Part shown: positions 1 to 13,679 of the stretch, piece by piece
How the letters are laid out: each line of letters opens with the position of its first letter
How positions within the stretch are numbered: position 1 is the first letter of the stretch
Assembly: GCA_951406725.2 (NCBI GenBank)
Contig: OX597824.1
Location: 9,486,001 to 9,550,000, forward strand
DNA: 64,000 bases
Direction of reading: 5' to 3'
Source: Octopus vulgaris
Lineage: Eukaryota
Made by a program: the position numbers and the translations under genes
Notes under the pieces: model-generated
What the model was told of the DNA's origin: nothing
Seen by the model: the letters and a program-made list of their open reading frames with translations, nothing else
Databases searched by the model: none

Positions 1-218
1 ATATATATATATGTATATATAAATATGTATATATATGTATATATAAATATGTATGTATTTATATATATATTTATGTATATTTATATATGTGTATATATAT
101 ATTTATGTATGTATATACATATATATGTATGCATATACATATATATATGCTTGTATATATATTTATATATATATTTATGTATGTATATATGTATATATAT
201 ATGTATATGTATGTATAT

Positions 219-277
<59 letters not shown>

Positions 278-340
278 TATATGTATGAATGTATGTATAT
301 ATATATATATATATATGCCTGTATATATGTACATATATAT
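1..340. repeat. (TA)n/(TATG) compound microsatellite
   Basis: Direct inspection; dozens of similar tracts occur throughout the window. Confidence 0.97.
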
Positions 341-344
341 TTCT

Positions 345-716
345 GGTGGCTATGTTCTAGGAAGCTTGCTTCCCAACCACATGGTTCCAGGTTCAGTCCT
401 ACTGCATTACAACTTGGAACAATTTTTTATACACCCTCGGGCCGACTGAAGCCCTGTGAGTGGATTTCGTACACGGAAACGGAAAGAAGACCCTATATAT
501 GTGTATATTTCTGTGTGTCTGTGTTTGTAGAGCCACCATTGCTTGACAATCGATGTTGCTGTGTCTACGGTCCCATAACTTAGCGGTTCGGCAAAAGAAA
601 CTGATAGAATGAATACTAGGTTTATAAAGAATATTTCCTGGGGTCGATTTCTTGAACTGAAGGTGGTGCTCAGGGCATGGTACACTCACAGGACTGAAAC
701 AAGCAAAACAATAAAA
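345..716 (+). mobile_element. SINE family 2 (internal microsatellite)
   Basis: Homologous to 2547-2808(-), 17399-17841(+), 20765-21168(-) and 29655-30032(-). tRNA-like head gtggctgtgtggtaag..gggttcagtccc in the better-preserved copies. Confidence 0.82.
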
Positions 717-1399
717 ACTACGCCATTTTATTCCCGAACAACACCAGGTATCTCTGCTAGTAGTGTATATATATATATATATATTTATATTGGTTTTACA
801 GTATTTATAAACAGAAAGAGATATAAAAACCTTATTGAACTTTTCTGAAAATAATTAAATTTTGAGAGGAAATTAAAAGCTGCTCGAAAATTGTATAAAT
901 GTAGTCGAAAAGGATTAGAGAAGTACGTATCCAACACAACGGATAACAACAATAATGAAATATGTATTTATCCTTTGGTAAACAGGATATTGAAATTAAT
1001 TAATAAATAACCAGATAAAGATATAACTAGTTAAGTTAATCTTGACTGACCCTGGCGAAATTAAAATATTTAAAATGAATAATATATTAGTTTGTAAACT
1101 TTGCCGACGAGATTTTCAATTATATTGAAGTTATAAGAAACGAGTTTTAGATAAAGATACGGTAAATTTTCATGAAAGTGGTAAACACCAGACATATGAA
1201 CGGTCAGATAATGAAAACATATATATAGTGAAATAGAAGCGTATGTGGCTTATTGGTAAGCGTGTTGAGTGTTTAATCATAAAGTTTCTTGGTTCCATTC
1301 GTGAACCTTGGAGCGTATTGTGTCCTGTAGAAAAGCATTTCATTTTACGTTGCCGTAATTCAGTTCAGGTCGAATGACTTACAGCAGCGTACCGGAGCC

Positions 1400-1906
1400 G
1401 CTCTGTTTCTCTCACTCTATCTCTTTTTCTCTATCTCTACCTCTCTCCCTCTCTCTGTTTCTTTCTCTTTCTCGCTTTCTCTCTCTCTCTACCTCATTCT
1501 CTTTCCCTCTCTTTATCTCACTCTCACTCCCTCTGTCTCTCTCCCGTCTCTCTTTCCTTCTCTCTCTTTCTTTCTCTCTCTTTCTTTCTCTCTCTTTCTC
1601 TCTCTCTTTCTCTCTCTCCCTCTCTCTCTCTTTCTTTGTCTTTCTCGCTTTCTCTCGCTACCTCTCTCTCTCCTCTCTCTTTCTCTCTCTCTCCTCTCTT
1701 TCTCTCTCTCTATATATATTATATATAATATATAGGTATAATATATATATACACACATATATACACATATATACACATATACACATATATACATATATAC
1801 ACATATACTCATATATATACATATACACTTATATATACATATACATATATATACATATAAATATATATACATATACATACACATACATATACACATACAT
1901 ACATAA

Positions 1907-1988
<82 letters not shown>
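1400..1988. repeat. (CT)n followed by (TA/CA)n microsatellites
   Basis: Direct inspection. Confidence 0.96.
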
Positions 1989-1993
<5 letters not shown>

Positions 1994-2113
1994 CTCGCAA
2001 CCTATATAATTTTCCTATAAAAAAAAACTAGATTTCTAATATCTACAACAAAAGACTTCAGATATTCAGATAAGAAGTGAGGATATTTAATCTATTACAT
2101 ACACACACACACA

Positions 2114-2156
<43 letters not shown>

Positions 2157-2546
2157 AATGGATATCATATCAAAAGCAAATATTTATCTCAAGTGAATTG
2201 ATACTGCATTATTGACAATGTAATCGTAGTTATAAAAACATTAGATTATTTAAGCCGAAGTAACAGCAAAGCGGAATGTGAGAAGGCCAACATAATTCAA
2301 TCATTGTTTGACATTGTAAATGATTGCCTCCAAATATCAAAATAGATTTCTGTCTTGGGAAAAAAATTGTTATTATATCCTTAAAGCTATAACATTTATA
2401 TTTTTGCTTCATGGCGTTTAATTCAAAATTCTCCTTCGTCGCTAAGTCCCTCTGCTTTCTTCGCTTACCTAGAGTACACTCAGTTTTCTGAAGACGGTGC
2501 GTAGTGCCTTGTGATGCCTGGGTTTTCTGACGAGAAATTTATTAGT

Positions 2547-2808
2547 CTTTTACTTGTTTCAGATATGCGACTGCAGCCATGCTGGAGCACCGCCTTTAGT
2601 CGAACAAATCGACCCCAGGATTTATTCTTTGTAAGCCTAGTACTTATTCTATCTGTCACTTTTGCCGAGATGCTAAGTTACGGGGACGTAAACACACCAA
2701 CATTAGTTGACAAGCGATGATGGGGAGACAAACACAGACACACAGCACACAAATATATATATATATACGATGGACTTCTTTCAGTTTACGTCTACTAAAT
2801 CCATTCAC
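2547..2808 (-). mobile_element. SINE family 2, partial
   Basis: 3' two-thirds of the family 2 sequence. Confidence 0.8.
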
Positions 2809-3063
2809 AATATATACACATATACCTGCCACCAGTGTACTACCATCAAATGGCGCAGCGAAGAATGTTTGTTTTATCTTGCTGTGAAAGCAATGCTATG
2901 TTATCCCGCCAGCGCTGGCGTCTTACTTGGTGGATGTATGCCTATAAAACGGATCTACAACTTCAATACCCACACATATCTTACATCTATTTTCTTTCCT
3001 CCACCTCACTATCTATTTTGTATCACATCTAAACTAACTATGACTTAATTTTCCTCTCACACC

Positions 3064-3118
3064 GTCTCCGATGATGGGATATTATTGTTAATTAATATCC
3101 TAGAAACAGCTGTAAGAC
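3064..3118 (+). ncRNA. Type-I hammerhead ribozyme motif in a probable PLE 3' fragment (~2830-3185)
   Basis: gtct|CCGAUGA|tgggatatta..taatatccta|GAAA|cagctg (palindromic helix III)|UA|agac. Confidence 0.75.
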
Positions 3119-3326
3119 CTCCTATCTATAAATGCTCTAATATCTATACAGCCTTGGTGTTTTATCTTATTACGCAAAAAATTCATATATACACACGCTG
3201 ATATAGAACCAACGTTGAACTCTTTATTCGTAATATTACTGAATCTGGAACTTAATTATGGTCTGTCTATAGCACTTATTCAGCATTACCTGACACTTTT
3301 GGGTCTCAATGACACCATTATCTCTT

Positions 3327-3359
<33 letters not shown>

Positions 3360-4126
3360 TGATGAGGGAGAGAGGTTGAGAGATATGTAAGGGATTATAT
3401 ATATATATGCATATATACATGTGTGTAAATGGCTACTATAGTCAACTATGGTATTTTTCTAATTTAAGAAGATACGGTGTAACTTTCAGTTAATTTGGCT
3501 GCTATTTCTAGCAGTTCCAGCAACCATGCGGTAGTCTACGTGCTTTTGGTTGAACGCTTAACACCATATCAGCCCCTGATGAAAAATACCAATAATAAAA
3601 AGTCTTATATTTGCATGGCCATCTTTACATAAATCAGGAATTATGCTGTTCAATATAACTTTAACTTATGATGGTAGATTACGATGTTGCGAAGGCTTAT
3701 GTATGAATTCCAGTAGGTTCTTACGTCCATTATGAAAGTCTCTAAGGGGCAAGCTTCGTGCGAAAAATTCTATCAGCACTCTTAATCAGACGCCCAGTTA
3801 CCTCGGTCAATATTAGAATTATCTCCAAGACAAATATGTCTTATGTTATTGATATCGCTGTCTGCTCTTTGTGGCAGCTACTTTACTATTTTACACGCGT
3901 GTTGTAAGTTGAGAAACATCACAAGAGAAAATGTTGAAGTTATATGTTTATTTCAGGTTTACAAGTGATCGAAGAATAAATGAAAAATAAGATAATGAAG
4001 GATAACGTTTCGTAGACAGAACATTAATATAAATGGGGAGAAATAAGTAATTTGCAATAATTCTCAAAATAAAATTCTCGAGTCAAGTTTTAGTAAAAAT
4101 GTTCAATATAAAACTAAGTAAGTAAA

Positions 4127-4466
4127 GTAAAGACCCCCTTCGGTCATGAGTGACCATGGGTTTGCACCTAGAGAGTTACCCTCTGAGGCACAAGTCTGGG
4201 CAAGGTTGTTTTTATGGAAGACCAGTAGTCGCCCATGCATACCGGCCTCCCCTCTCCACGCCACCAGTGTTATCCAAGGGAAAGACAAAGGCCGATACAG
4301 CTTGGCACCTGTGACGTCGCAACTCATTTCTACAGCTGAGTGAACTGGAGCAACGTGAAATAAAGCGTCTTGCTCAAGAACACAACACGCAGCCCGGTCC
4401 GGGATTCGAGCTCACAACCTCACGATCGTAAGCTCGACGCTCTAACCACTGAGCCATGCGCCTCCA
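4127..4466 (-). mobile_element. SINE family 3 (tRNA-derived head)
   Basis: A box tggctcagtggtt, B-box-like gagctcgaatccc and tgtgttcttgagcaagac core. Near-identical to 5068-5408. Confidence 0.9.
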
Positions 4467-4902
4467 TAAATAACATTTACATCCATAAATGTAAACATCT
4501 TGAATAACCTATGCAACTAGATGTATGTTTTAAGTAAAACATACATCACTGAATTATAAATAAGCAACACAGCTATACATTTAAAATACATTTTATATTT
4601 TAAATACATCCATATATCTTTAGACTCGGCATTTAGTTGCTTTAAATGAACTATATAAGTATAATTACACCATTAGAGCTATGTGGTCCACAGATCTAAT
4701 AGTCTAAGTGACGAAAGCCCCCACCAAACCAGACATTAGTGAGTGGGAACGACACATTGAATAATTTAGTTCAATGCCAAGAGGGAGAAATGAAATGGTC
4801 ATGGCTAGGCTGCTATTGATCACTGAGGTGTGACCATGGTATAAAAGCAATAACATATATACGTACAGACACACACAGGTGTATAAGTATATATATACGC
4901 AT

Positions 4903-4949
<47 letters not shown>

Positions 4950-5067
4950 AATATATATATTTGTACAAATATATATATATATATATATAATCTCATCCAT
5001 AGAAATAATATATATTATAGAAACTTGATAAGTATGTATATGTATGTGTGTATATGTATATGTATAG

Positions 5068-5408
5068 TGAAGGCGCATGGCTCAGTGGTTAGAGCGTCGA
5101 GCTTACGATCGTGAGGTTGTGAGCTCGAATCCCGGACCGGGCTGCGTGTTGTGTTCTTGAGCAAGACACTTTATTTCACGTTGCTCCAGTTCACTCAGCT
5201 GTAGAAATGAGTTGCGACGTCACAGGTGCCAAGCTGTATCGACCTTTGTCTTTCCCTTGGATAACACTGGCGGCGTGGAGAGGGGAGGCCGGTATGCATG
5301 GGCGACTACTGGTCTTCCATAAAACAACCTTGTCCAGACTTGTGCCTCAGAGGGTAACTCTCTCGGTGCAAACCCATGGTCACTCATGACCGAAGGGGGT
5401 CTTTACCC
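5068..5408 (+). mobile_element. SINE family 3
   Basis: Same head, boxes and core as 4127-4466, on the opposite strand. Confidence 0.9.
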
Positions 5409-5415
5409 TTATATG

Positions 5416-5481
<66 letters not shown>

Positions 5482-6702
5482 CATACATATACACACATAC
5501 ATATACATACTTATCAAGTTTCTATAATATATATTATTTCTATGGATGAGATTATATATATATATATATATTTGTACATATATATATATGTGTGTGTGTG
5601 TGTGTGCATATATATAAATGTGTGTATGTATATATATATATATATACACTTATACACACATACATATACATACATCTACACATATGCATATTTGGACTCA
5701 CGTGGACCGTTATTCTAATACATCTGTTTTCTACACCGCCTGTCTTCTTCATTTGGTTTTTTTTCGTGAATTCTCCCTGTGTATATATATATATATATAT
5801 ATACATATGCACATACATATATACATATATAGGGAAGAAGATTTGAAAATGCAGGGTCTTTTAAAGATATTTATTGAATTGACCGGTTTCACATTTAAAA
5901 AAAAAGTTTTTCAAAAGTATACACACACAAACGCACACTCACAAACACACCTAACCGACCCCGACACTCCCGACACCCCACACAAACCACACACACACGC
6001 ACACTCACACCATCTTGAACTCTAAGACCAGACCATAAACCAGTTAACCATGACAGACTAGCTCAAAAAAATCCTTTTGACTTCTCAGACTATTTGAAAT
6101 CAGATCGTGTGAATGCTTTTCCCCTAGCAACCAACCTCCCGTACTATTTCTAAAAATAGCAACAACCATCCTTGCCAAACACACATGCAAGACTGGATGG
6201 CAATGAAGGACATTCTATATAATTATTTAAGTATGATTTCTGATGAAGTTTTGACCAAGCAATACACGCTTTCTTCAATCAAATGCTGTCTACAAATTCT
6301 TTCTGTATATATACTTATATACAATCATGATTTTTGATGAACTTATAAATAATTATGAATTTATATTACTACCTGTTTCGAACACTTTTATGTAAACTGT
6401 TTCAGCACAAAGCCTCACTTAACGTTTTCTTATCATTATCAAAGACTCTATCACTGTATTTTAATACAACTATGTTAACCATTTTTTAACACCACAAAGA
6501 GTACACAAAGCTTTACATTTTAGAATTGAAAATATTTATAAAAAAAACCTGAAATCGTCAAGTCAATAAACATCTTTAAAAGACCTCTTTATTTTCAAAT
6601 CCTCTTCCCTATATATTTTCACTCGTGCGGTAACTTCCAATTTTACGTTGTTATATATATATATATATATATATATAATTATATTATTATTGTAGTTATC
6701 TT

Positions 6703-6804
6703 TAACCTGATGAGTGGCTATATTTATATTGAAGTGATTTTACTACTACTACTAATATTTTTCTATAATCATTTCTTAAATATAGCCACGAAACACGTTC
6801 GTTA
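6703..6804 (+). ncRNA. Type-I hammerhead ribozyme motif with long loop II
   Basis: taac|CUGAUGA|gtggctatattt...aaatatagccac (12-bp helix II)|GAAA|cacgt|UC|gtta. The insert (~6677-6960) lies between TA tracts. Confidence 0.72.
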
Positions 6805-7610
6805 TTCTACCAAATATATACGTTTTATTTATTATTTTGCACATTACTTAATCATCGTTATATTTTTGATCTTATATTTAATCTTTCTATTATATGTAAT
6901 TTTCTAGATGGTGTAAGTTAATTTTTCCTTTTTAATTGATAAAAGGTGTTCTTTTTCTAATATATATATATATTTGAACGGATGAATGTGAGTTCGTCTT
7001 TTAACTGAAATAACTTTCGAAGATTTCTGAGAAGATTTCTAATATCTTTTCTTCATAATTTACTTTTGAATCTACTTATATAAATTCGTATAGATACGAA
7101 AGCTTGTATAGAAATATTAAATAATCATTATATGATTTCACTTATAAAACACAGTTCAACATAATCATTCATATTTATGCAATGGAGGAGATTAGACGTT
7201 AAAATGGATTCTAATTTTTATTTTTCATGTTGCTATACAATTTGTTTCAAGCAGAAAGACGCAGATATTCATAATAGAAAATCTTAAGTCATATTTGTAT
7301 TCGTCGGTAGCTGGTATAAAACCTAAATAAAGACGTTAAAAGTACATAGATTTTGCCTTATCATCTTGTAGTAAAGAGTTCGTTCTTGCAGTCATACTTG
7401 TTTTAAACAAGACTAACAAATATATAAGAGGGTGCTGATATTAAAATACTGATATTCTCTCTATGAATTTCTATATGTATATCTATTTAAAACTCCGTAA
7501 ATGAATTATATAAACAAGTCAGGCTGTATTTGTATTTACAATGAGGAATCCAAATCAGGCATTGTAGGAATTTTCAAATACAAATTTAGGCTTTACTTAA
7601 CCGTCAATTG

Positions 7611-7860
7611 TGGAGGCGCGTGTCTAAGTGGATAGGGTGTCAGCATCATGATCATAAGATTGTGGTTTCGATTCCTGGACCGAGCGACGCGTTGTGTTCT
7701 TGAGCAAAACACTTCATTTTACATTACTTAAGTCCACTCAGCTGGCAAAAATGAGTAACGCTGCGATGGACTGGCGTCCCGTCCAGCTGGGGAACACATA
7801 CGCCATAGAAACCCAGCCCATGAGCCTGGTTAGGCTTTAAAAGGGCGCATTTATTTATTA
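7611..7860 (+). mobile_element. tRNA-head SINE related to family 3, different tail
   Basis: Head tggaggcgcgtgtctaagtgg..ggtttcgattcc; TSD ttaaccgt(c/t)aatt. Confidence 0.8.
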
Positions 7861-8447
7861 TTAACCGTTAATTATCCTTTCGACTTAAAACATTATTATG
7901 AAAAATAGTGTTTAATAGTATTCAATGATAATTTCTGGTTTATAAAATGTATAGTTTAAGTGTTTATTGTAAATAATAGGTCTAATATTCATAGACAAAA
8001 TATAAGTGTTATATGTCATAATTAATTAACTATTCACAGTATTGGTATGTTATTGGGAAAATTTAGAAGTAGATACTATACGAGTAATAAGGTATAAATA
8101 AAGTCGAAATGAAGGGAATTTATTTCTTATCAACTTAGAAAATTATGAACGTATACATCTATATACAGCTATAGAAATAAGAAAGGTTTTCTTTTTTTGA
8201 TAGAGTATATCGACGAAAACTGTTTATATTATTGTTGAGTAAAGTTTAGCATAGAGAGGAAAACTCTAACTCTTTCACAAATATATATCTGCTAAATAGG
8301 GAACCTAAAATGGATCCATAGCTCCCGTCTCAGTTACGAGCTTGGAACCCTGATAATCTGTTACAGCATTTACCCATTTACCCTATTCGTTTAGTTCAAA
8401 AGTGAACTAAACCCCATATATTATCTCTCTCTCTCTCTCTCTCTCTA

Positions 8448-8500
<53 letters not shown>

Positions 8501-8502
<2 letters not shown>

Positions 8503-8700
8503 CCACGTGTGCATCGTTGGCGATTATTTTCCTCCGTCTTTTCTTCCTTGGATCTTTCCTTTTCCTGTGTTTCTCACGAAGAGCTCCGCTCGAAACGTTA
8601 AATCCTCCTCTTTCTTTCCTTTCCTGAGCGTCCAATAACACTATTCTTGTTCCATGTCCTCGCGTTGTTGTGTTTTCTCTTTGCGTTTTCATGTTTGGAT

Positions 8701-8703
<3 letters not shown>
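8501..8703 (+). mobile_element. Short HHR-bearing repeat family A (PLE pseudo-LTR-like) in (TA)n
   Basis: Homologous to 16603-16807, 17878-18083, 45661-45889 and 46133-46361. Its core reads CUCACGA-a-gagc-tcc-gctc-GAAA-cg-UU, with G5 mutated. Confidence 0.8.
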
Positions 8704-8776
<73 letters not shown>

Positions 8777-10010
8777 ACACGAGTCCCTTGGAAGTTTCAT
8801 AGGCCGACCAACATCCATACCCTCTGAAAAATGAACTGTGAGGTTCATCATTTTTCATCATGATCCCCCCTTATGGTCCATTCAATTCTTCCTTCCGTTG
8901 GTATTGCAGTGATCCAGTTGGTGAAGATGATTTTATCCAGTCAGTCAAAAAAGTCATCGACAGCAGATATTTTGCCATCATCACTGAGACACTGGTTTTC
9001 AGTCAAGTGTTATTTCATGTTGGGAACATATGATAGGCAGATGGCGCCAAATCAAGAGAACAGGGTGAGTATTTAAACAGTTAAAAGTCACTAATGGTTC
9101 AATGCCAAGCAGCCATTGAAACCGACGACTTGCGAGTTTAAACCTTGTCCTGATGAAGCAAGACACCTTACGTCAGTTTCCTTGAGTATTTCATCTCCAT
9201 AGCCTTTCGTAACTGCTTCAGCAATTTGGTACAGAACTCTCTGTTGTAGGTGGTACCTGTGGTGACCATCCCATAGGTGAAGCATCGACAGGATTTACAC
9301 AGAATATACTTGACCAGATTCTTCTTATTAATTCCAAACATTTTGGAGGACTGCTGTTGCTGACAAGATATTTCCCATTACAGAGTACTCTTGTTTACAT
9401 CAGTAAATTGTACCAATCTTAGCAAAATGTCCTGGCCTTAGATACTGCATTGTGCTATTGATGAAATACAACCATTCACCTTTCAGCCAGTAGGCCGACA
9501 CGAAATTGGCTTAACTATCTGAAGCTCTCCACTTAACCGTTTTGTTACTGTATTAATTTGGTATAGTACTCTCTGTTGTGCGTGTAGCCCTTCCAGATAT
9601 ATTTAAGGTGGCGAGCTGGCAGAAACGTTAGCACGTCGGGCGAAATGCTTAGCGGTATTTCGTCAGCCGCTACGTTCTGAGTTCAAATTCCTCCGAGGTC
9701 GACTTAGCTTTTCATCCTTTCGGGGTCGATAAATTAATTACCAGTTACGCACTGGGGTCGATGTAATCGGCTTAATCCCTGTTTCTGTCCTTGTTTGTCC
9801 CTCTATGTTTAGCCCCTTGTGGGCAGTAAAGAAATAAGATATATTTAAAAAGCACAAGGCCATTTGTATCGCAAACAACTGAGGCCCTCAGTTTCCCAGC
9901 AGATTATATGACCTTGGATTTCCTTGGAGCTGGTGAGGAGGGGTGACACCACAACAGGAATTGTCTCTGTGTATCTGGCTCAAAGAGATGAGCCCATCAC
10001 TCATCTTGCG
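8777..10010 (-). mobile_element. mariner 3' fragments (8777-9120 and 9843-10010) interrupted by other DNA and a SINE
   Basis: DLAPSAYHMFP, AVDDFFD and SPAPRKSKVI.SAGKL.ASV. The terminus resembles that at 40282. Confidence 0.6.
9605..9837 (+). mobile_element. SINE family 1 (tRNA-like head, Deu/Nin-like core)
   Basis: ggcgagctggcagaaacgttagc..gagttcaaattcc..tcatcctttcggggtcgataaa..cccttgtgggcagtaaagaaata; more than 15 copies in the window. Confidence 0.88.
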
Positions 10011-10485
10011 TAAAGAAAGTTCAAGGGAAACTAGCTGCATCTGCCACAAACAATGTCAGATACATAAACGACTTGACTTATATAAAAAAACATTATTAAA
10101 ACTATTTACAAAATTCTACAACTAATAAAAATAATGGTGAATAACGAGTTAATATGCCATGACTACAAATTACGTGAAGGCCAACATATTTTATAGAACA
10201 GTAGATTACTCGGATCGGTAAAGGAAAAATAACCCCCTGGGAGGCAGGATTTCAAAACTAATGAGAAAGGAAATAAGACGCCTGGAAAATATAAGCCATT
10301 AAAGAAATGCATCTAAAAATTAATTATTTTGTGCAAATGATAACATTTTTAAAAAAAAAATTCAAAAATTGTAATTTCAAAACAAATGAAATATACACAA
10401 AGTAATAATTATGCAGCCATACACACATACTCAGAAATAGAAAGACACACATACACACACGCACAATCACACATAATACTTATTT

Positions 10486-10516
<31 letters not shown>

Positions 10517-10539
10517 AGAAAATGGATGTAATAACAAGG

Positions 10540-10604
<65 letters not shown>

Positions 10605-10663
10605 ATATATATGTATATACAGATACATATAAATATACAGATACATATAAAAATGTATGTATG

Positions 10664-10726
<63 letters not shown>

Positions 10727-10923
10727 CTACACGTTAGCACGCATATTTACACACATTGTTTTCATGAGTATGCATACATACATACATACAGACAGACAGA
10801 CAAACAGACAGACGAAAATCTTATTAAAGGTTGTCATACTTATTCTAAGTAGTTCAAGAATACAGGAACACAAGCGTATATCCGTATAGCATCAAACAAT
10901 ATACACATGCATGTATATTTCTT

Positions 10924-10963
<40 letters not shown>

Positions 10964-11249
10964 CAAAGAAATATACATGCATGTACGCACACAAACAGAC
11001 AAAAATACACACACAAATACCTATCAGAATAGAAGAACACAAAACTTTATTAAACATGAAAGAACTATTCCGTTGCTATTGATCGTCAGACACAAGTATA
11101 CACTTATACAGACACACATCTGAAGCTTAATTTTTGCAAAATATAGTTCTCGAGCGAAAACTCCCAAAAGGTCAGGTTTATAAGAAAGTCAAAACCGCCC
11201 ATATGAAATTCATGGAGTCAGTTTAGGAACAGAAAATCTTAATAATGTA

Positions 11250-13300
11250 GTTCTAAATAACATATGGTCAACATTCCATGCGATAGTCTCGGTTGGAATG
11301 ACTTTAGTCTTTCGTCTGCAGAATCACAAGTTGGTGTTGGCTTAATCAATCACGCCACTGTAGATATTGATGCTGTGCCCCACAGCATGTTATTGAATCT
11401 ATGCAACCCTTTTGGAGTTTTAGAAAGTTCCATTTTTTGCTGTAAGGACCGGCACAAAATTTTACTTTCCACTAGAGAAGACTGGCTTGCTTCTTCACGG
11501 TTCATTGCAAAGAGAGCTGAGCATTTTTGCCATAGTTTTACAGAGGGTGTTCAGGAGGGAAAATCGTCTGGTAATTTTCCTGCATTTAACTGAGAAATTT
11601 CCATAGAAAATTTTGGTTGATCGTACGTTTTGAATTCTGTGTAGAGTTCCCCATGAGTTTTCGTCGAGTACTATCACAGAAGGAAATTAAACGCTCTTCC
11701 CTCGATATACATCTGTAGTTACAGGTTGAAATTTACATCTGGCGAGGATATGTAGGAAATATAACGCTCTTCCCTCGATATACATCTGTAGTTATAGGTT
11801 GGAATTTACATCTGGCGAGGATATGTAGGAAATTTAACGCTCTTCCCTCGATATACATCTGTAGTTATAGGTTGGAATTTACATCTGGCGAGGATATGTA
11901 GGAAATTTAACGCTCTTCCCTCGATATACATCTGTAGTTATAGGTTGGAATTTACATCTGGCGAGGATATGTAGGAAATTTAACGCTCTTCCCTCGATAT
12001 ACATCTGTAGTTATAGGTTGGAATTTACATCTGGCGAGGATATGTAGGAAATTTAACGCTCTTCCCTCGATATACATCTGTAGTTATAGGTTGGAATTTA
12101 CATCTGGCGAGGATATGTAGGAAATTTAACGCTCTTCCCTCGATATACATCTGTAGTTACAGGTTGAAATTTACATCTGGCGAGGATATGTAGGAAATAT
12201 AACGCTCTTCCCTCGATATACATCTGTATGTAGTTAGAGGTTGAAAATTACAACATCTTGCGTAGGAAATTTAACACCCTTCCCTCGATATACATATGTA
12301 GTTATAGGTTGAAAATTACAAGATCTGGCGAGGATATGTAGGAAATTTAACGCTCTTCCCTCGATATACATCTGTAGTTATAGGTTGGAATTTACATCTG
12401 GCGAGGATATGTAGGAAATTTAACGCTCTTCCCTCGATATACATCTGTAGTTATAGGTTGGAATTTACATCTGGCGAGGATATGTAGGAAATTTAACGCT
12501 CTTCCCTCGATATACATCTGTAGTTATAGGTTGGAATTTACATCTGGCGAGGATATGTAGGAAATTTAACGCTCTTCCCTCGATATACATCTGTAGTTAT
12601 AGGTTGGAATTTACATCTGGCGAGGATATGTAGGAAATTTAACGCTCTTCCCTCGATATACATCTGTAGTTACAGGTTGGAATTTACATCTGGCGAGGAT
12701 ATGTAGGAAATTTAACGCTCTTCCCTCGATATACATCTGTAGTTACAGGTTGGAATTTACATCTGGCGAGGATATGTAGGAAATTTAACGCTCTTCCCTC
12801 GATATACATCTGTAGTTACAGGTTGGAATTTACATCTGGCGAGGATATGTAGGAAATTTAACGCTCTTCCCTCGATATTCATCTGTAGTTAGAGGTTGGA
12901 ATTTACATCTGACGAGGATATGTAGGAAATTTAACGCTCTTCCCTCGATATACATCTGTAGTTACATGTTGGAATTTACAACATCTGGCGAGGATATGTA
13001 GAAACGTGGCATAAGGTTTAATGTCCTCATTTGGCGGCTGTATTTGATTTATGGACTTTACAGCTGGGAAATATTTCTAATTTAATCAATTTATAAATGC
13101 GGTGGAGTCTAAAATGTATAGACATCCCCCATGTGTGTCGATTAATCAACAAAAATTGTATTCTCAAGCTTAATGAATATGCGATAGAGCACAATTCTAG
13201 CAGTATTGATATTGATTCAAGCTGCAATATGGCGGAAGCTTAAAGATAAGAATACGTGAGGGACCAGAGCAAATTTGTTGTTCAGTTGAGTAGGGATTTA
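11250..13300 (-). mobile_element. Possible highly degenerate Ingi-like LINE remnant hosting the minisatellite
   Basis: Broken frames give SIAYS, IKP...FLHILA (cf. L.PTP..WLP.LA), CRSLQQKMELSKTP and IYSG in the expected order. Confidence 0.3.
11681..13001. repeat. 73-bp minisatellite, about 18 copies
   Basis: The unit aggaaatttaacgctcttccctcgatatacatctgtagttataggttggaatttacatctggcgaggatatgt is repeated head-to-tail with few variants. Confidence 0.97.
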
Positions 13301-13679
13301 TCATGAAAATTTAGAAATGCTGATTTCGACTGCGTTCACCTTATGCTCGTATTTAATGAAGTACTGTCAAAAGGATGTGCAGATAATATTTTCCCATTGT
13401 TATTGTATTTCACTGCGGCAATGCGAGTCATAATGTACTCCATTGTTGAGCTTTCGAGAATGATTTTAGTTTTAGCCGAATGAATTATTGTGGTGCGAAA
13501 GAATTGTTGAGAATCAAACCATTTATATACGGTAAATCATGTTTTCAATTAATTATTCCGTGCCCCAATAAATATTCTCATCGCGTAAAAGTCAACTTAA
13601 GATTTTCATACTTCACTTTCTTTCTCAAATGATGAATGATGAAATGACCGACAGAAACGACAACTATAAATCCTTAAAA

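Noticed and set aside
25-583. Long YI/VC/HT/LS/MYVC-rich ORFs here and throughout the track
   Set aside because: They are translations of stop-free di-, tri- and tetranucleotide microsatellites.
5068-5140. tRNA genes at SINE heads (also 4395-4466, 7611, 46470, 60951, 62590)
   Set aside because: No complete acceptor stem, and each continues into a repeated SINE body.
11681-13001. CRISPR-like array
   Set aside because: Units are contiguous and near-identical with no unique spacers; there are no cas genes and the context is eukaryotic.
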